Positions 1-11,616 of a DNA stretch of 64,000 bases are shown piece after piece (positions within the stretch are counted from its first letter, which is position 1; the number at the start of each line of letters is the position of its first letter). This DNA is from an uncultured Candidatus Saccharibacteria bacterium (GTDB lineage: Bacteria; Patescibacteriota; UBA1384; DTJR01): assembly GCA_964580065.1 (NCBI GenBank), contig CAZOJE010000003.1:18441-82440 (forward strand). Reading direction: 5' to 3'. The notes under the pieces are model-generated. The model had not been told where the DNA came from. It saw only the letters and a program-made list of their open reading frames with translations, and did not search any database. A program made the translations under genes and the position numbers.

Positions 1-21
1 TTAGTATCATTTTCTATTCTT

Positions 22-687
22 TCAAATTCCTCTTGTCTTGACAAGACCAAGAGCAAACTCGCCTTTTTCACTCAAGGCCGCTAAGGCCTCTTTGTCCGTT
101 AGTTTAAGATATAAAATCTGTTCAAATTTTTTCGTTAATTCCCGACCGATTAAAATATGATATTCGGGCAAATTCTCCGACAAAAGCTGAAGAGTTTTTT
201 TAATTCTGTGACAGGATTCAAAAAAGAAAACTGGATATTCTTGATTTTGAATAGTTTTAATCATAGTTACCCGCCCCTTTTTCTTGGGGAAAAATCCCAA
301 AAAGATAAATCGGCTGCAATCAAACGGCGCCACCGAAATAAGGGTTGTTAAAGCACTCGCCCCGGGAATGGGGCTGACTTCGATATTATGCAAAAAAGCT
401 TGTTCGACTAATTTGCCGCCCGGGTCAGACAGGTTCGGCGTGCCGGCATCTGAAACGTAACAAATATTTTTTCCCTTTTCTAAATCGCTGATAACATCTT
501 TAATCTTGGCTTCGTTAGAATGCTGATGAATGCTTATGAGCGGTTTTTTGATCCCCAATAAAGATAAAAGTTTGCCGGTGTTGCGGGTATCTTCGCTTGC
601 AACATAATCGCAACAATTCAAAGTTTCAAGCGCCCTAGCGCTCATATCCGATAAATTGCCAATTGGTGTTGAAATTAAATAAAGCAT
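22..687 (-). CDS. rsmI: 16S rRNA (cytidine1402-2'-O)-methyltransferase
   Basis: LYLISTPIGNLSD, EDTR, SDAGTPNLSDPG, PIPGASA, RELTKKFE motifs. Confidence 0.95.
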   Translation of the reverse strand: MLYLISTPIGNLSDMSARALETLNCCDYVASEDTRNTGKLLSLLGIKKPLISIHQHSNEAKIKDVISDLEKGKNICYVSDAGTPNLSDPGGKLVEQAFLHNIEVSPIPGASALTTLISVAPFDCSRFIFLGFFPKKKGRVTMIKTIQNQEYPVFFFESCHRIKKTLQLLSENLPEYHILIGRELTKKFEQILYLKLTDKEALAALSEKGEFALGLVKTRGI

Positions 688-780
688 CTCGATATAATAT
701 CGAAGTAACGAGAAAAAGTCAAAGCTGGCACCCTTGAAATGAAAGGATTATTTGCTAGTATGTTCTCGTTGGGCTGTTTT

Positions 781-1017
781 ATGAAAAAAAGTCTTTTTTT
801 TGTTTTGACACTTTACGCAAAGGTCGGAATCGTCACTGCCGCGCCGGCTGTGATTTTAGGCCTTTTAGGAAGGTATCTAGACAAAAGATTTGGCACCAGC
901 CCTGTTTTCATTATTGTTTTAATGGTGCTCGCTCTCGTCTTAACGTTGTATGAGCTTAAAAAAATCGTTGACGAGGCCACCAAAAATTTAAACGACTTTG
1001 ACAAAAACGATAAATAA
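781..1017 (+). CDS. AtpI/AtpZ-family F0F1 accessory membrane protein (start moved to ATG 781)
   Basis: Two TM helices, GRYLDKRFGTSP motif, first gene of atp operon. Confidence 0.8.
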   Translation: MKKSLFFVLTLYAKVGIVTAAPAVILGLLGRYLDKRFGTSPVFIIVLMVLALVLTLYELKKIVDEATKNLNDFDKNDK

Positions 1018-1022
1018 ATAAT

Positions 1023-1760
1023 ATGGAAATATCTTTAGCCGCAGAAAAAATCGCTTACATTGGCAGTTTCGCCCTCACCAACAGTATTTTGATGAGCTGG
1101 ATTACTTCTATCGTTTTGATTATTATCGCGGTGCTAGTCAGCCGAAAACACGATTTAATGCCCAAGGGTTTGCAAAATTTCGTCGAAATGGTCATTGAAT
1201 TTCTTTACAATACAGTCAACGACGTCATCGAAGACGACAAAAAAACTAAAAAATATCTCCCAATTTTGGCAACGATTTTTATTTTCATTGTTTTTAATAA
1301 CTGGATGGGACTTTTGCCGGGGATCGGGCCCATTGGCATCAGTGAGATAAAAGAAGGTGAAAATGTTTTGATTCCCCTTTTTCGCAGTACTAATGCTGAT
1401 TTAAGCACCACTTTGGCCTTAGCTATAGTGGCCGTAATCGGCATTCAGGTTTTTGGCTGTGCCGCTATCGGCACCCTTAAATACGCCAAAAAATTCATCA
1501 ATTTTAGTAGCCCGATCAATTTCTTCTTGGGCTTTTTGGAATTAATTGGGGAATTTTCGAGAATGATTTCCTTCTCCTTTCGACTTTTTGGTAATATTTT
1601 TGCCGGAGAGGTTTTGTTGATGGTTATTGCTCACCTTGTCCCGCTAGTGGCTTCTTTGCCGTTTTTCTTTTTGGAATTATTTGTCGGATTAATTCAGGGA
1701 TTAGTTTTTATGATGCTTACACTTGTGTTTATTAAAAGCGCCACAGTCGAAGCGCATTAA
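1023..1760 (+). CDS. atpB: F0F1 ATP synthase subunit a
   Basis: SFSFRLFGNIFAGE, FVGLIQGLVFMMLT. Confidence 0.97.
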   Translation: MEISLAAEKIAYIGSFALTNSILMSWITSIVLIIIAVLVSRKHDLMPKGLQNFVEMVIEFLYNTVNDVIEDDKKTKKYLPILATIFIFIVFNNWMGLLPGIGPIGISEIKEGENVLIPLFRSTNADLSTTLALAIVAVIGIQVFGCAAIGTLKYAKKFINFSSPINFFLGFLELIGEFSRMISFSFRLFGNIFAGEVLLMVIAHLVPLVASLPFFFLELFVGLIQGLVFMMLTLVFIKSATVEAH

Positions 1761-1780
1761 ATTAACAAAAAAATAAATAA

Positions 1781-2035
<255 letters not shown>

Positions 2036-2039
2036 GCCG

Positions 2040-2525
2040 ATGGATATATTAGGGAGCTTAGGAATTGACTTTAAGGCCCTATTAGCGCAGATTATCAATT
2101 TTCTGCTTCTGCTTTTCATTCTCAAAAAATTTCTTTATGGTCCGGTCGTGCAAATGCTGGACAAAAGAAAAAAGACTATTGCCGAGGGCTTGGAAAACGC
2201 TGAAAAAGCCAAAGCAATGATCGAGAAAACCGAGCGAGAAACACAAGAAAAAATTAATCTTGCCGTACAAGAGGCCGACAAGGTAATCAACGAGGCCAAA
2301 GCGCAAGCCAAAAAAGAGGCCGAAAAGATTATTCTTTCAGCCAACGAAACCAGCACGATGATGCTGGAAAAAACCAAAAAGCAAATCGAGCTCGAAAAAG
2401 AAAAAATCATCGCTGACGCCAAAAAGGATTTATCCGGTTTGGTAATGAGCGCGGTCGAAAAAATTGTTGAATCGAGCCCAAGCAAAGATGACGTTGAAAG
2501 GGCGATTAGTAAAATAAATGAATAA
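2040..2525 (+). CDS. atpF: F0F1 ATP synthase subunit b
   Basis: LLAQIINFLLLLFILKKFLYGP followed by coiled coil; operon position. Confidence 0.95.
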   Translation: MDILGSLGIDFKALLAQIINFLLLLFILKKFLYGPVVQMLDKRKKTIAEGLENAEKAKAMIEKTERETQEKINLAVQEADKVINEAKAQAKKEAEKIILSANETSTMMLEKTKKQIELEKEKIIADAKKDLSGLVMSAVEKIVESSPSKDDVERAISKINE

Positions 2526-2916
2526 AGCCACTATCAAATTGGCTGATTTTGTCGCTGACAGACTAGATAAAGTCGAACCAAAAACTCTCGCTGTCTCCAT
2601 CTATCGAATTATGGAGAAAAGCAAGAAATTGCGCGAGTTGCCGGAATTAATTAAGCTAATCGAGCAAAAATATGATCTTCTCAAGGGAAGAAAAGTTGTT
2701 GAAATAACAACGGCTCGCAGTTTGACGCCGGACGAAATCGACAAAATCAAAAAAGTCCTTTCAAAAAAAATCGGAGGTGACGTTAAGCTCAACCTATTCT
2801 TAAGTGAAAAACTAATCGGTGGAATTAAAATCAAATATCCCGATGATGAAGTGGTTGATTTGACGACCAAAAATAAGCTGAAAAAATTAAGGGAAAAACT
2901 AGCAGGTACATTATGA
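2518..2916 (+). CDS. atpH: F0F1 ATP synthase subunit delta (short form)
   Basis: VEITTARSL...LIGGIKI...VDLT C-terminal OSCP/delta motif; between atpF and atpA. Confidence 0.85.
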   Translation: MNKATIKLADFVADRLDKVEPKTLAVSIYRIMEKSKKLRELPELIKLIEQKYDLLKGRKVVEITTARSLTPDEIDKIKKVLSKKIGGDVKLNLFLSEKLIGGIKIKYPDDEVVDLTTKNKLKKLREKLAGTL

Positions 2917-4445
2917 CAAATTTAGTGGAAGAACTAAAAAAAGAAATTACCGAATTTCAAGATAAGGCCGAAAAGAAAAAAGTTGGGGAAATTGCGGAAG
3001 TCGCCGATGGTATTGCCAGAATCTACGGCTTACAAGACGCTAAATTCGGCGAGCTTTTGAAAATTTCATCCTCCGAGGGCGAAGTTTCGGCAATGGCCTT
3101 GAGTTTGGAAGAAGGTTTCATCGGAGCCATTATTTTGGGCGATTTTGCCAAAGTTAAAGCTGGTGATGAAGTTTTGGAAACCGGCGAGGTTCTCACAGTG
3201 CCGGCCGGCCAAGAAATGATCGGTCGCGTTATTAACGCTCTGGGCGAACAAATTGACGGCAAAGGTAAAATCAAAGCCGAAAAAATGATGGAAGTTGAAA
3301 AAGTCGCCCCGGGAGTTGTCACCAGAGAAAAAGTTAACACGCCTTTACAGACTGGTATTCGTGCCATTGACGCCCTTATCCCGATTGGCCGCGGCCAGCG
3401 AGAATTGATTATCGGCGACAGAGGCACGGGCAAAACGGCCATCGTTTTGGACACCATTATCAATCAAAAAAATGTCCCTGAAGAATCCCGACCAATTTGC
3501 ATTTATGTTTCAATCGGACAAAAGCGGTCAAAAATTGCCCGCCTCGTGGCCACTTTAGAGGAAAACGGCGCCATGGATTACACGATTATTGTCAGCGCAA
3601 CTTCGTCTGATCCCGCCGCCGCCAACTACCTAGCCCCATATACCGGCTGTGCTATCGCCGAATTTTTTATGGAGCAAGGCCGCGATGTTTTAATCGCCTA
3701 TGACGATTTATCTAAACAAGCTTGGGCCTATCGTGAGATTTCTCTACTTTTGCGCCGCCCGCCAGGACGCGAGGCCTACCCGGGAGATATTTTTTATCTT
3801 CACTCAAGATTGCTGGAACGCTCGGCTAAATTAAATGAGGATTACGGTGGCGGTTCAATAACGGCTTTGCCAATAATCGAAACGCAGTCGGGTGACGTTT
3901 CCGCCTACATTCCAACCAACGTTATTTCGATTACCGACGGTCAAATTTTCTTAGAGCCGGATCTGTTTTATAAAGGTATTCGGCCGGCAATCAATATTGG
4001 TATTTCCGTTTCGCGTGTTGGTGGATCGGCTCAAATCAAAGCGATGAAAAAAGTGGCCGGAAAATTAAAGCTTGATTTGGCACAGTTTCGCGAAATGGAG
4101 GCCTTTACCCAATTTGGCGGCGATTTGGACGAAAAAACCAAAACTCAAATCGAAAGAGGCAAACGCTTGACCGAGCTCACCAAACAACAGCAATTTGAGC
4201 CGATGTTGGTAGAAGATCAAGTTATTGTGTTGTTTGCCGCCACCAACGGCCTACTCGACAACGTGGCTGTTGATAAAACACTTGAGGTTTCGGCCAAGGC
4301 TCTGCAAGCCGTTAAAACTCGGGCGAAACAAATAATTGAAAAAATCAAAAAAACTGGTGACTTTGACGACGATGACGCCAAAAAAATGACCGAAATCATC
4401 AAAGAAACCGTTAAACCGTTCGAATCGGAAAACAAAGACAAATAG
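2913..4445 (+). CDS. atpA: F0F1 ATP synthase subunit alpha
   Basis: [29 protein letters not shown]. Confidence 0.98.
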   Translation: MTNLVEELKKEITEFQDKAEKKKVGEIAEVADGIARIYGLQDAKFGELLKISSSEGEVSAMALSLEEGFIGAIILGDFAKVKAGDEVLETGEVLTVPAGQEMIGRVINALGEQIDGKGKIKAEKMMEVEKVAPGVVTREKVNTPLQTGIRAIDALIPIGRGQRELIIGDRGTGKTAIVLDTIINQKNVPEESRPICIYVSIGQKRSKIARLVATLEENGAMDYTIIVSATSSDPAAANYLAPYTGCAIAEFFMEQGRDVLIAYDDLSKQAWAYREISLLLRRPPGREAYPGDIFYLHSRLLERSAKLNEDYGGGSITALPIIETQSGDVSAYIPTNVISITDGQIFLEPDLFYKGIRPAINIGISVSRVGGSAQIKAMKKVAGKLKLDLAQFREMEAFTQFGGDLDEKTKTQIERGKRLTELTKQQQFEPMLVEDQVIVLFAATNGLLDNVAVDKTLEVSAKALQAVKTRAKQIIEKIKKTGDFDDDDAKKMTEIIKETVKPFESENKDK

Positions 4446-4446
4446 T

Positions 4447-6700
<2,254 letters not shown>

Positions 6701-6701
6701 A

Positions 6702-7127
6702 ATGGCGAAAAAATTTCATTTGCTTTTAGACAGCCCTGAAGAGATGCTTTTCGACCAAGAAGTCGAACAAATTAGCTTACCCACCGCGCAAGGTGAGATC
6801 GGGATTATGGCCGATCACACTCCTTTGATTGCCCTTGTTTCTTCGGGTGTCATCACAGTAAACGACGGCCAGAAAGAGTATTTTCTTTCTAGCGGCGGCG
6901 GCTTCATTGAATTCAAAAATAATACCGCTAATATTTTTGTGCAAAGCGCGGAATTTGCCGACTCGATTGACGCCGAGCGCGCTCTCGCCGCCGCCGAAAA
7001 AGCCAAAAAAGAAATGGCGGAAAATGTTGACGAAATTAGTTTGGCCGACGCCACCGCCGTCCTAGAAAGAAATATCGCCCGACTAAAAACAATCGAAAAA
7101 AGAAAACGCCGTTCGGGGACGCGCTAA
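6702..7127 (+). CDS. atpC: F0F1 ATP synthase subunit epsilon
   Basis: GEIGIMADHTPL, GGFIE, C-terminal helical hairpin. Confidence 0.95.
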   Translation: MAKKFHLLLDSPEEMLFDQEVEQISLPTAQGEIGIMADHTPLIALVSSGVITVNDGQKEYFLSSGGGFIEFKNNTANIFVQSAEFADSIDAERALAAAEKAKKEMAENVDEISLADATAVLERNIARLKTIEKRKRRSGTR

Positions 7128-7170
7128 TTTTTTTATCTAATCAGTCTTAAGCGTTCTAAATTATCAGCAA

Positions 7171-7647
7171 TTATTTTGCTGGTGGTATTGCCAGATCCGA
7201 AATCGTTGAAGCAATTTTTTTAGGACGAGCCACATTGGTAAAATCGACTTCACGATTCGAGCCGGAGGCCTTTATGATAACCGTGCCAAAACCAAAGATT
7301 GCACCCCATAGGGTTTGGTCAACGTCAACGGCTTGAATATCGTCCAGAGAAATTTCCTCTTCGCGGGAGCCGAAAATTCCCACCCTATTTTCAACACGCC
7401 TGTTAGTAAGGTGATAAATTGTGTAGTACCAGTTGAAAAAGATCACTACTCCAACAAAAACAATCACCAAAACAATAATTAAATAGACCCACCACGTTCT
7501 TAATCCGGCGGTGTATAAAATATAATCGAAAGCAACAAGGAGAACTATGAGGGGCAAAAGCTGGCCGGCAAGAATCAAAAAACTTGGCCTAATCTCAAGA
7601 ATTGTTTCCTCTCCCGGTATATATTTTTTCATTTTTTGATCTGCCAT
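7171..7647 (-). CDS. Membrane-flanked bacterial PH-domain (bPH_2) protein
   Basis: GEETILEIRPS, 2 TM, YHLTNRRV..RVGIF, DQTLWGAIFGFGTVII. Confidence 0.75.
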   Translation of the reverse strand: MADQKMKKYIPGEETILEIRPSFLILAGQLLPLIVLLVAFDYILYTAGLRTWWVYLIIVLVIVFVGVVIFFNWYYTIYHLTNRRVENRVGIFGSREEEISLDDIQAVDVDQTLWGAIFGFGTVIIKASGSNREVDFTNVARPKKIASTISDLAIPPAK

Positions 7648-7785
7648 TTTGTCTCTCCTCTAAAACTAAATATTATATTAACTATAAACAGGACCTTCTT
7701 CAGAAGTTTATTTTACCAAAAAGTCCTACAAAAGCACACAAATATTGGTTAATTGAGTTTTTTTGGGTTGGTTTTGGGGTTGATA

Positions 7786-8439
7786 CTATTTAGTGAATCT
7801 AAATGTATTTGCGATTTGATTGAATGTCTCAACTATTAAAGCCCCAGGAGAAGCCGGAGTCAATTGGATTGTGTATTCAATCCCATCATTAACAGCAATA
7901 TAAACTAAATCGTTAATATACCCGCCTACATCGGAAGTTTCATTAGTTCTATCAATCAAGTAAAAGTCAACACCATTTATTGTTTTTTTAGTTTTATTGG
8001 CGTAGCTACTTACAATCTGATTGAGAATTTGATCAGTTGGGTTTGTACTAATAAAAATTACTGCCTCACCTGATTTTTTCGAATAACCAGGATCATAGGT
8101 AAATTGATAGTTAGCAAGACGAAAAGCAACCCTTTGAGAATCAACGGCATTTTCATCATTATTAAATGGCATCCAACCAGAAGAAGGATATTTGATTGAA
8201 TACGAGTATTTATCGTTAGCGTAGGTTTTCCAATTAACTGTCGCATCGGCTGTGGCTGAAGTATTTATGGAGACAGTTGAAGTTGCCGTAGCTGACTCTA
8301 GGGCAGTGGTTTCGCTGGTAGCTGAATTTTTTCCTGCCATAAAACCAATCGCCAAAAATATTACTGCTGTTACCACGATAAAAATTGTTGTCATGACAAT
8401 TTTATGGCCGTCAATCTGCTTGGTTTTTCCTTCTTCCAT
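7786..8439 (-). CDS. Membrane-anchored surface protein, PsbP-like C-terminal domain (divergent paralog)
   Basis: N-terminal TM, S/T linker, WKTYANDKYSYSIKYP...FNQIANTFRF. Confidence 0.7.
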   Translation of the reverse strand: MEEGKTKQIDGHKIVMTTIFIVVTAVIFLAIGFMAGKNSATSETTALESATATSTVSINTSATADATVNWKTYANDKYSYSIKYPSSGWMPFNNDENAVDSQRVAFRLANYQFTYDPGYSKKSGEAVIFISTNPTDQILNQIVSSYANKTKKTINGVDFYLIDRTNETSDVGGYINDLVYIAVNDGIEYTIQLTPASPGALIVETFNQIANTFRFTK

Positions 8440-8543
8440 TATTTGTCTCCTTTTATAATATATTTTTTACCTGGTTAACTCAACGAAAGATATTACCCTT
8501 GTTCACAAAACTTTGCCAGACTAACTCTTTGGCGGCAAATTCT

Positions 8544-9176
8544 TTATTGGGTGAATTTAAATGTAGTTAGGATTTTATCGAATTCCGTCAATGGTTGAGT
8601 GTCAGAATCTTCCATGTAGAAGAAATACAGATACTCATTTGAGCCCACTGTCAAATTTCCCACTGCCAAAGTCCTACTATCTTTAGAGTTCTCGTCAGAT
8701 GAAATTGTTTTTGTGGATTTGATCTTTCCTCCAGTATAGTCCATAGCGTATTGAACGTCAGGGAAAAACGGACCAAAGCCGTCAGGGTTTACATAAAGAT
8801 CCATAGTTGAAGTATTGCTTTTTATGGATAACTTCCTCTCTGGGACCGAGGTAGTATTCTTTTCGAGTTCGTCAGTTGCTGTATAGGTGTTCGGATACTT
8901 AAAACTAAACCCATACTTGTCGTTAGTATATGTCTTCCAGCTTGCTGTTTCATCGGCTGCCGTAGCGCTTGTTGATGTGGTAGCCGACGCTGTTGTTTGC
9001 AAACTGGTCACTTTACTCTGAAGATCGGTGATTTGGGCATTGAGATCATTTTTCTCTTTTGTGGCCTTGTTATTAACGTAGACGTAAGCACCACCACCAA
9101 AAACAACTGCTGTAAGTAAGATTAGCAAAGTAATAGTTACACCAGACATGCCTTTTTTAGCTATTTGCTCGTCCAT
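8544..9176 (-). CDS. Membrane-anchored surface protein, PsbP-like domain (paralog array)
   Basis: Conserved MDEQ..KKGMSG-TM-coiled-coil N-terminus; WKTYTNDKYGFSFKYP...FDKILTTFKF. Confidence 0.75.
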   Translation of the reverse strand: MDEQIAKKGMSGVTITLLILLTAVVFGGGAYVYVNNKATKEKNDLNAQITDLQSKVTSLQTTASATTSTSATAADETASWKTYTNDKYGFSFKYPNTYTATDELEKNTTSVPERKLSIKSNTSTMDLYVNPDGFGPFFPDVQYAMDYTGGKIKSTKTISSDENSKDSRTLAVGNLTVGSNEYLYFFYMEDSDTQPLTEFDKILTTFKFTQ

Positions 9177-9229
9177 GAAATCTCCTTCAATTTTTATTTG
9201 ATAAATGTTTTTTTATTTTTTCCAACTCT

Positions 9230-9925
9230 TTAAAGGAATTTAAAGCTTGACAATACGTGTTGAAAAACACTGTAATTTATATCACTAGACATTCCTAAGT
9301 AAGAAATTTCATACGTCGCAGTGCCATTAGTTACAAGCACCCCAACCCCAGGGTCTGTGCCTGCCCAGACTGCTTCTAGAGCTGACTGTCCAGCAACAGT
9401 AATATTTTTTTCGGATAAATGCGGTTGCGGTGTAAACTTTTTTAATTGGTCATACCATTGCGAGGCTGTCTCGTCCGAGGGTTTGTTTGCTAATACTTGA
9501 ACCATAATCATATTCGTTGTGTCAGTCTTTGGCGGTGAGAAATCAACAAAAACGCCTGCGTCAGTCGGATCGTTACATAATATGCAGCTCGAAATTTCCC
9601 AGTCGTGGGGATATTCACTGCTCCAGCCGCTTTTACTCGTAAATAAAGACCATTGCGAGCTGTCGCTTGATAGAGATTTCGCCGAGTTAGCGGACGCCGA
9701 ACTCGTTGCACTAGCAGATGGACTAATTGACGATCTTGTCGTTTGCAAACTGGTCACTTGGCTTTGCAGCTCGGTGATTTGGGCATTTAGGTCGTTCTTT
9801 TCTTTCGTGGCTTTGTTATTTACATAAGCATAAGCACCACCACCAAAAACAACTGCTGTGAGTAAGATTAGTAAAGTAACAGTTACACCAGACATGCCAT
9901 TCTTGGTTTGCATTTGCTCATCCAT
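9230..9925 (-). CDS. Membrane-anchored surface protein, PsbP-like domain (paralog array)
   Basis: Same N-terminal ~63 aa as neighbours; divergent C-terminus ending FQHVLSSFKF. Confidence 0.75.
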   Translation of the reverse strand: MDEQMQTKNGMSGVTVTLLILLTAVVFGGGAYAYVNNKATKEKNDLNAQITELQSQVTSLQTTRSSISPSASATSSASANSAKSLSSDSSQWSLFTSKSGWSSEYPHDWEISSCILCNDPTDAGVFVDFSPPKTDTTNMIMVQVLANKPSDETASQWYDQLKKFTPQPHLSEKNITVAGQSALEAVWAGTDPGVGVLVTNGTATYEISYLGMSSDINYSVFQHVLSSFKFL

Positions 9926-9948
9926 AGTGCTTTCCTTTCTAATTTATT

Positions 9949-10590
9949 TTACTTGGTTAATTGGAAGGTGGAGAGGATTTGGGTTAAGACAGCATCAACA
10001 TCCGCCTCATTGATATCAATATTATAATACGCCCTTACACTAACGATGTGATTACTATCTTTGTATTCGGCTTCTGTATATCGATCTTTTTCGTAACTCC
10101 CAATACCTTTTAAATTGGTAATTTTCCAACTAAGTCCATTATATGAGGGGGTTTTTTCTGAAATTATATTATAGCCCTCTGGTCCGCCAGCGTTATCTGT
10201 TATCTCAAAAACTTCTATTGAAACATTTTTATATTTTTCAGACGCAGAAGTTAGTTTCACACCGTCTAGACTGGGTGTATTTATGCTATTTTCCAACCAT
10301 CCGTTGGGGTATTTGAAACTAAAATTATATTTAGAATTGATATACTTTGTCAATTCAGCCGTCGCGCTTGTCGTGGCACTTGTTGATGTGGTAGCCGACG
10401 CTGTCGTTTGCAGACTGGCCACTTGGCTTTGTAGATCGGTGATTTGCGCATTCAGGCCGTTCTTTTCTTTCGTGGCTTTGTTATTTACATAAGCATAAGC
10501 ACCACCACCAAAAACAACTGCCGCTAGTAAGATCAGCAAAGTGATCATTGCACCAGACATGCCTTTTTTGGTTTGCATTTGCTCATCCAT
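9949..10590 (-). CDS. Membrane-anchored surface protein, PsbP-like domain (paralog array)
   Basis: Same N-terminus; YINSKYNFSFKYPNGW...QILSTFQL. Confidence 0.75.
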   Translation of the reverse strand: MDEQMQTKKGMSGAMITLLILLAAVVFGGGAYAYVNNKATKEKNGLNAQITDLQSQVASLQTTASATTSTSATTSATAELTKYINSKYNFSFKYPNGWLENSINTPSLDGVKLTSASEKYKNVSIEVFEITDNAGGPEGYNIISEKTPSYNGLSWKITNLKGIGSYEKDRYTEAEYKDSNHIVSVRAYYNIDINEADVDAVLTQILSTFQLTK

Positions 10591-10700
10591 AGTGCTTTCC
10601 TTTCTAATTTATTTATCAGTTTATTATAAATATTATCTTACAGCGCCAAGGAAAACGCAACTTTTTATATTACAACCTCGAGAAGTTTGTGGAATTTTGA

Positions 10701-10911
10701 CCTGACTCGAACCTTCCCGTTTAGGCGCAGATAAAGAGAAAGTGCGCAAATAGGTTAGGGTTGGTGCCGGGGCTTTGGCGGGGTGGAACCGCCAAATTCC
10801 TGACTCGAACCTAATATTGAGTTTGTGTAAAAATAATAAGTACGCGATAAATTTTGAATTTGGTGCCGGGGCTTTGGCGGGGTGGAACCGCCAAATTCCT
10901 GACTCGAACCT
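10701..10911 (-). repeat. Array of tRNA-Leu 3'-end-derived repeats: two identical 51-bp units (10762-10812, 10861-10911) plus a partial unit (10701-10714)
   Basis: Direct comparison: tggtgccggggctttggcggggtggaaccgccaaattcctgactcgaacct occurs twice; both ends match the tRNA 3' end. Confidence 0.9.
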
Positions 10912-10957
10912 CCGCGTTAGGTGCAGATAAAGGGAAAGTGTGCAAACGTTTTAGTGA

Positions 10958-11044
10958 TGGTGCCGGGGAGAGGACTCGAACCTCCACACTTTTGCAAGCG
11001 CCAGCTCCTAAAGCTGGTGCGTCTACCAATTTCGCCACCCCGGC
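10958..11044 (-). tRNA. tRNA-Leu(TAG)
   Basis: GCCGGGG acceptor, TGGCGAAATTGGTAGACGC D-arm, CCAGC-TTTAGGA-GCTGG anticodon arm, long variable arm, GGTTCGAGTCC, encoded CCA. Confidence 0.95.
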
Positions 11045-11145
11045 ATATCAAACATTTGCTATCTCGGAGAGATTATAGAACAAAATCCCCCTTCTGCCAA
11101 GAGAAAAGACTATTTTTCAAAAAATTTTGTACTATACTAATATAT

Positions 11146-11616
11146 ATGAAAAAAGACGAGAATAATTACGACGTTTCAAAAATTCTCGCCGTGGTAATTT
11201 TGGCTATCGTTGGTATTTCTGGCTGTTTTTTTGTTCTTTGGCAAATGTCAAGCCAAAAATCTGCCGCTAACGCCAAAAACACTCAAGCCGTTGCCACCCA
11301 AAAAGAAATTGATGAACTCAATCAAAAAATCGACGAACTCAACGCTTCACTGCAAGAGGTGCAAAACAGCAATTCCGACGATAGCTCTGGCACAGTCAAG
11401 GGTGATTCAACCTCGTCCGTCACCGACAAAATAAACATTAATACGGCCTCTTTGAGCGATCTCGATAAATTAGACGGAATCGGCCCCACCTACGCCCAGA
11501 GAATTATTGATTATCGTTCATCTAACAACGGATTTAAATCAATTGAGGAAATTAAAAACGTTAAAGGCATTGGCGATAAAACTTTTGAAAAACTCAAAAA
11601 TCAAATCACTATCTAG
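11146..11616 (+). CDS. comEA: ComEA-family DNA-binding competence protein (start moved to ATG 11146)
   Basis: TM anchor plus KININTAS..LDKLDGIGPTYAQRII..FKSIEEIKNVKGIG helix-hairpin-helix. Confidence 0.9.
   Translation: MKKDENNYDVSKILAVVILAIVGISGCFFVLWQMSSQKSAANAKNTQAVATQKEIDELNQKIDELNASLQEVQNSNSDDSSGTVKGDSTSSVTDKININTASLSDLDKLDGIGPTYAQRIIDYRSSNNGFKSIEEIKNVKGIGDKTFEKLKNQITI

Noticed and set aside
10701-10911. CRISPR array
   Set aside because: Only two full repeats, 51 bp long and derived from the tRNA 3' end; two spacers are homologous; no cas genes in the window.
10921-11145. N-terminal extension of comEA ORF
   Set aside because: Overlaps tRNA-Leu; ATG 11146 follows a -10 box and begins a normal TM anchor.
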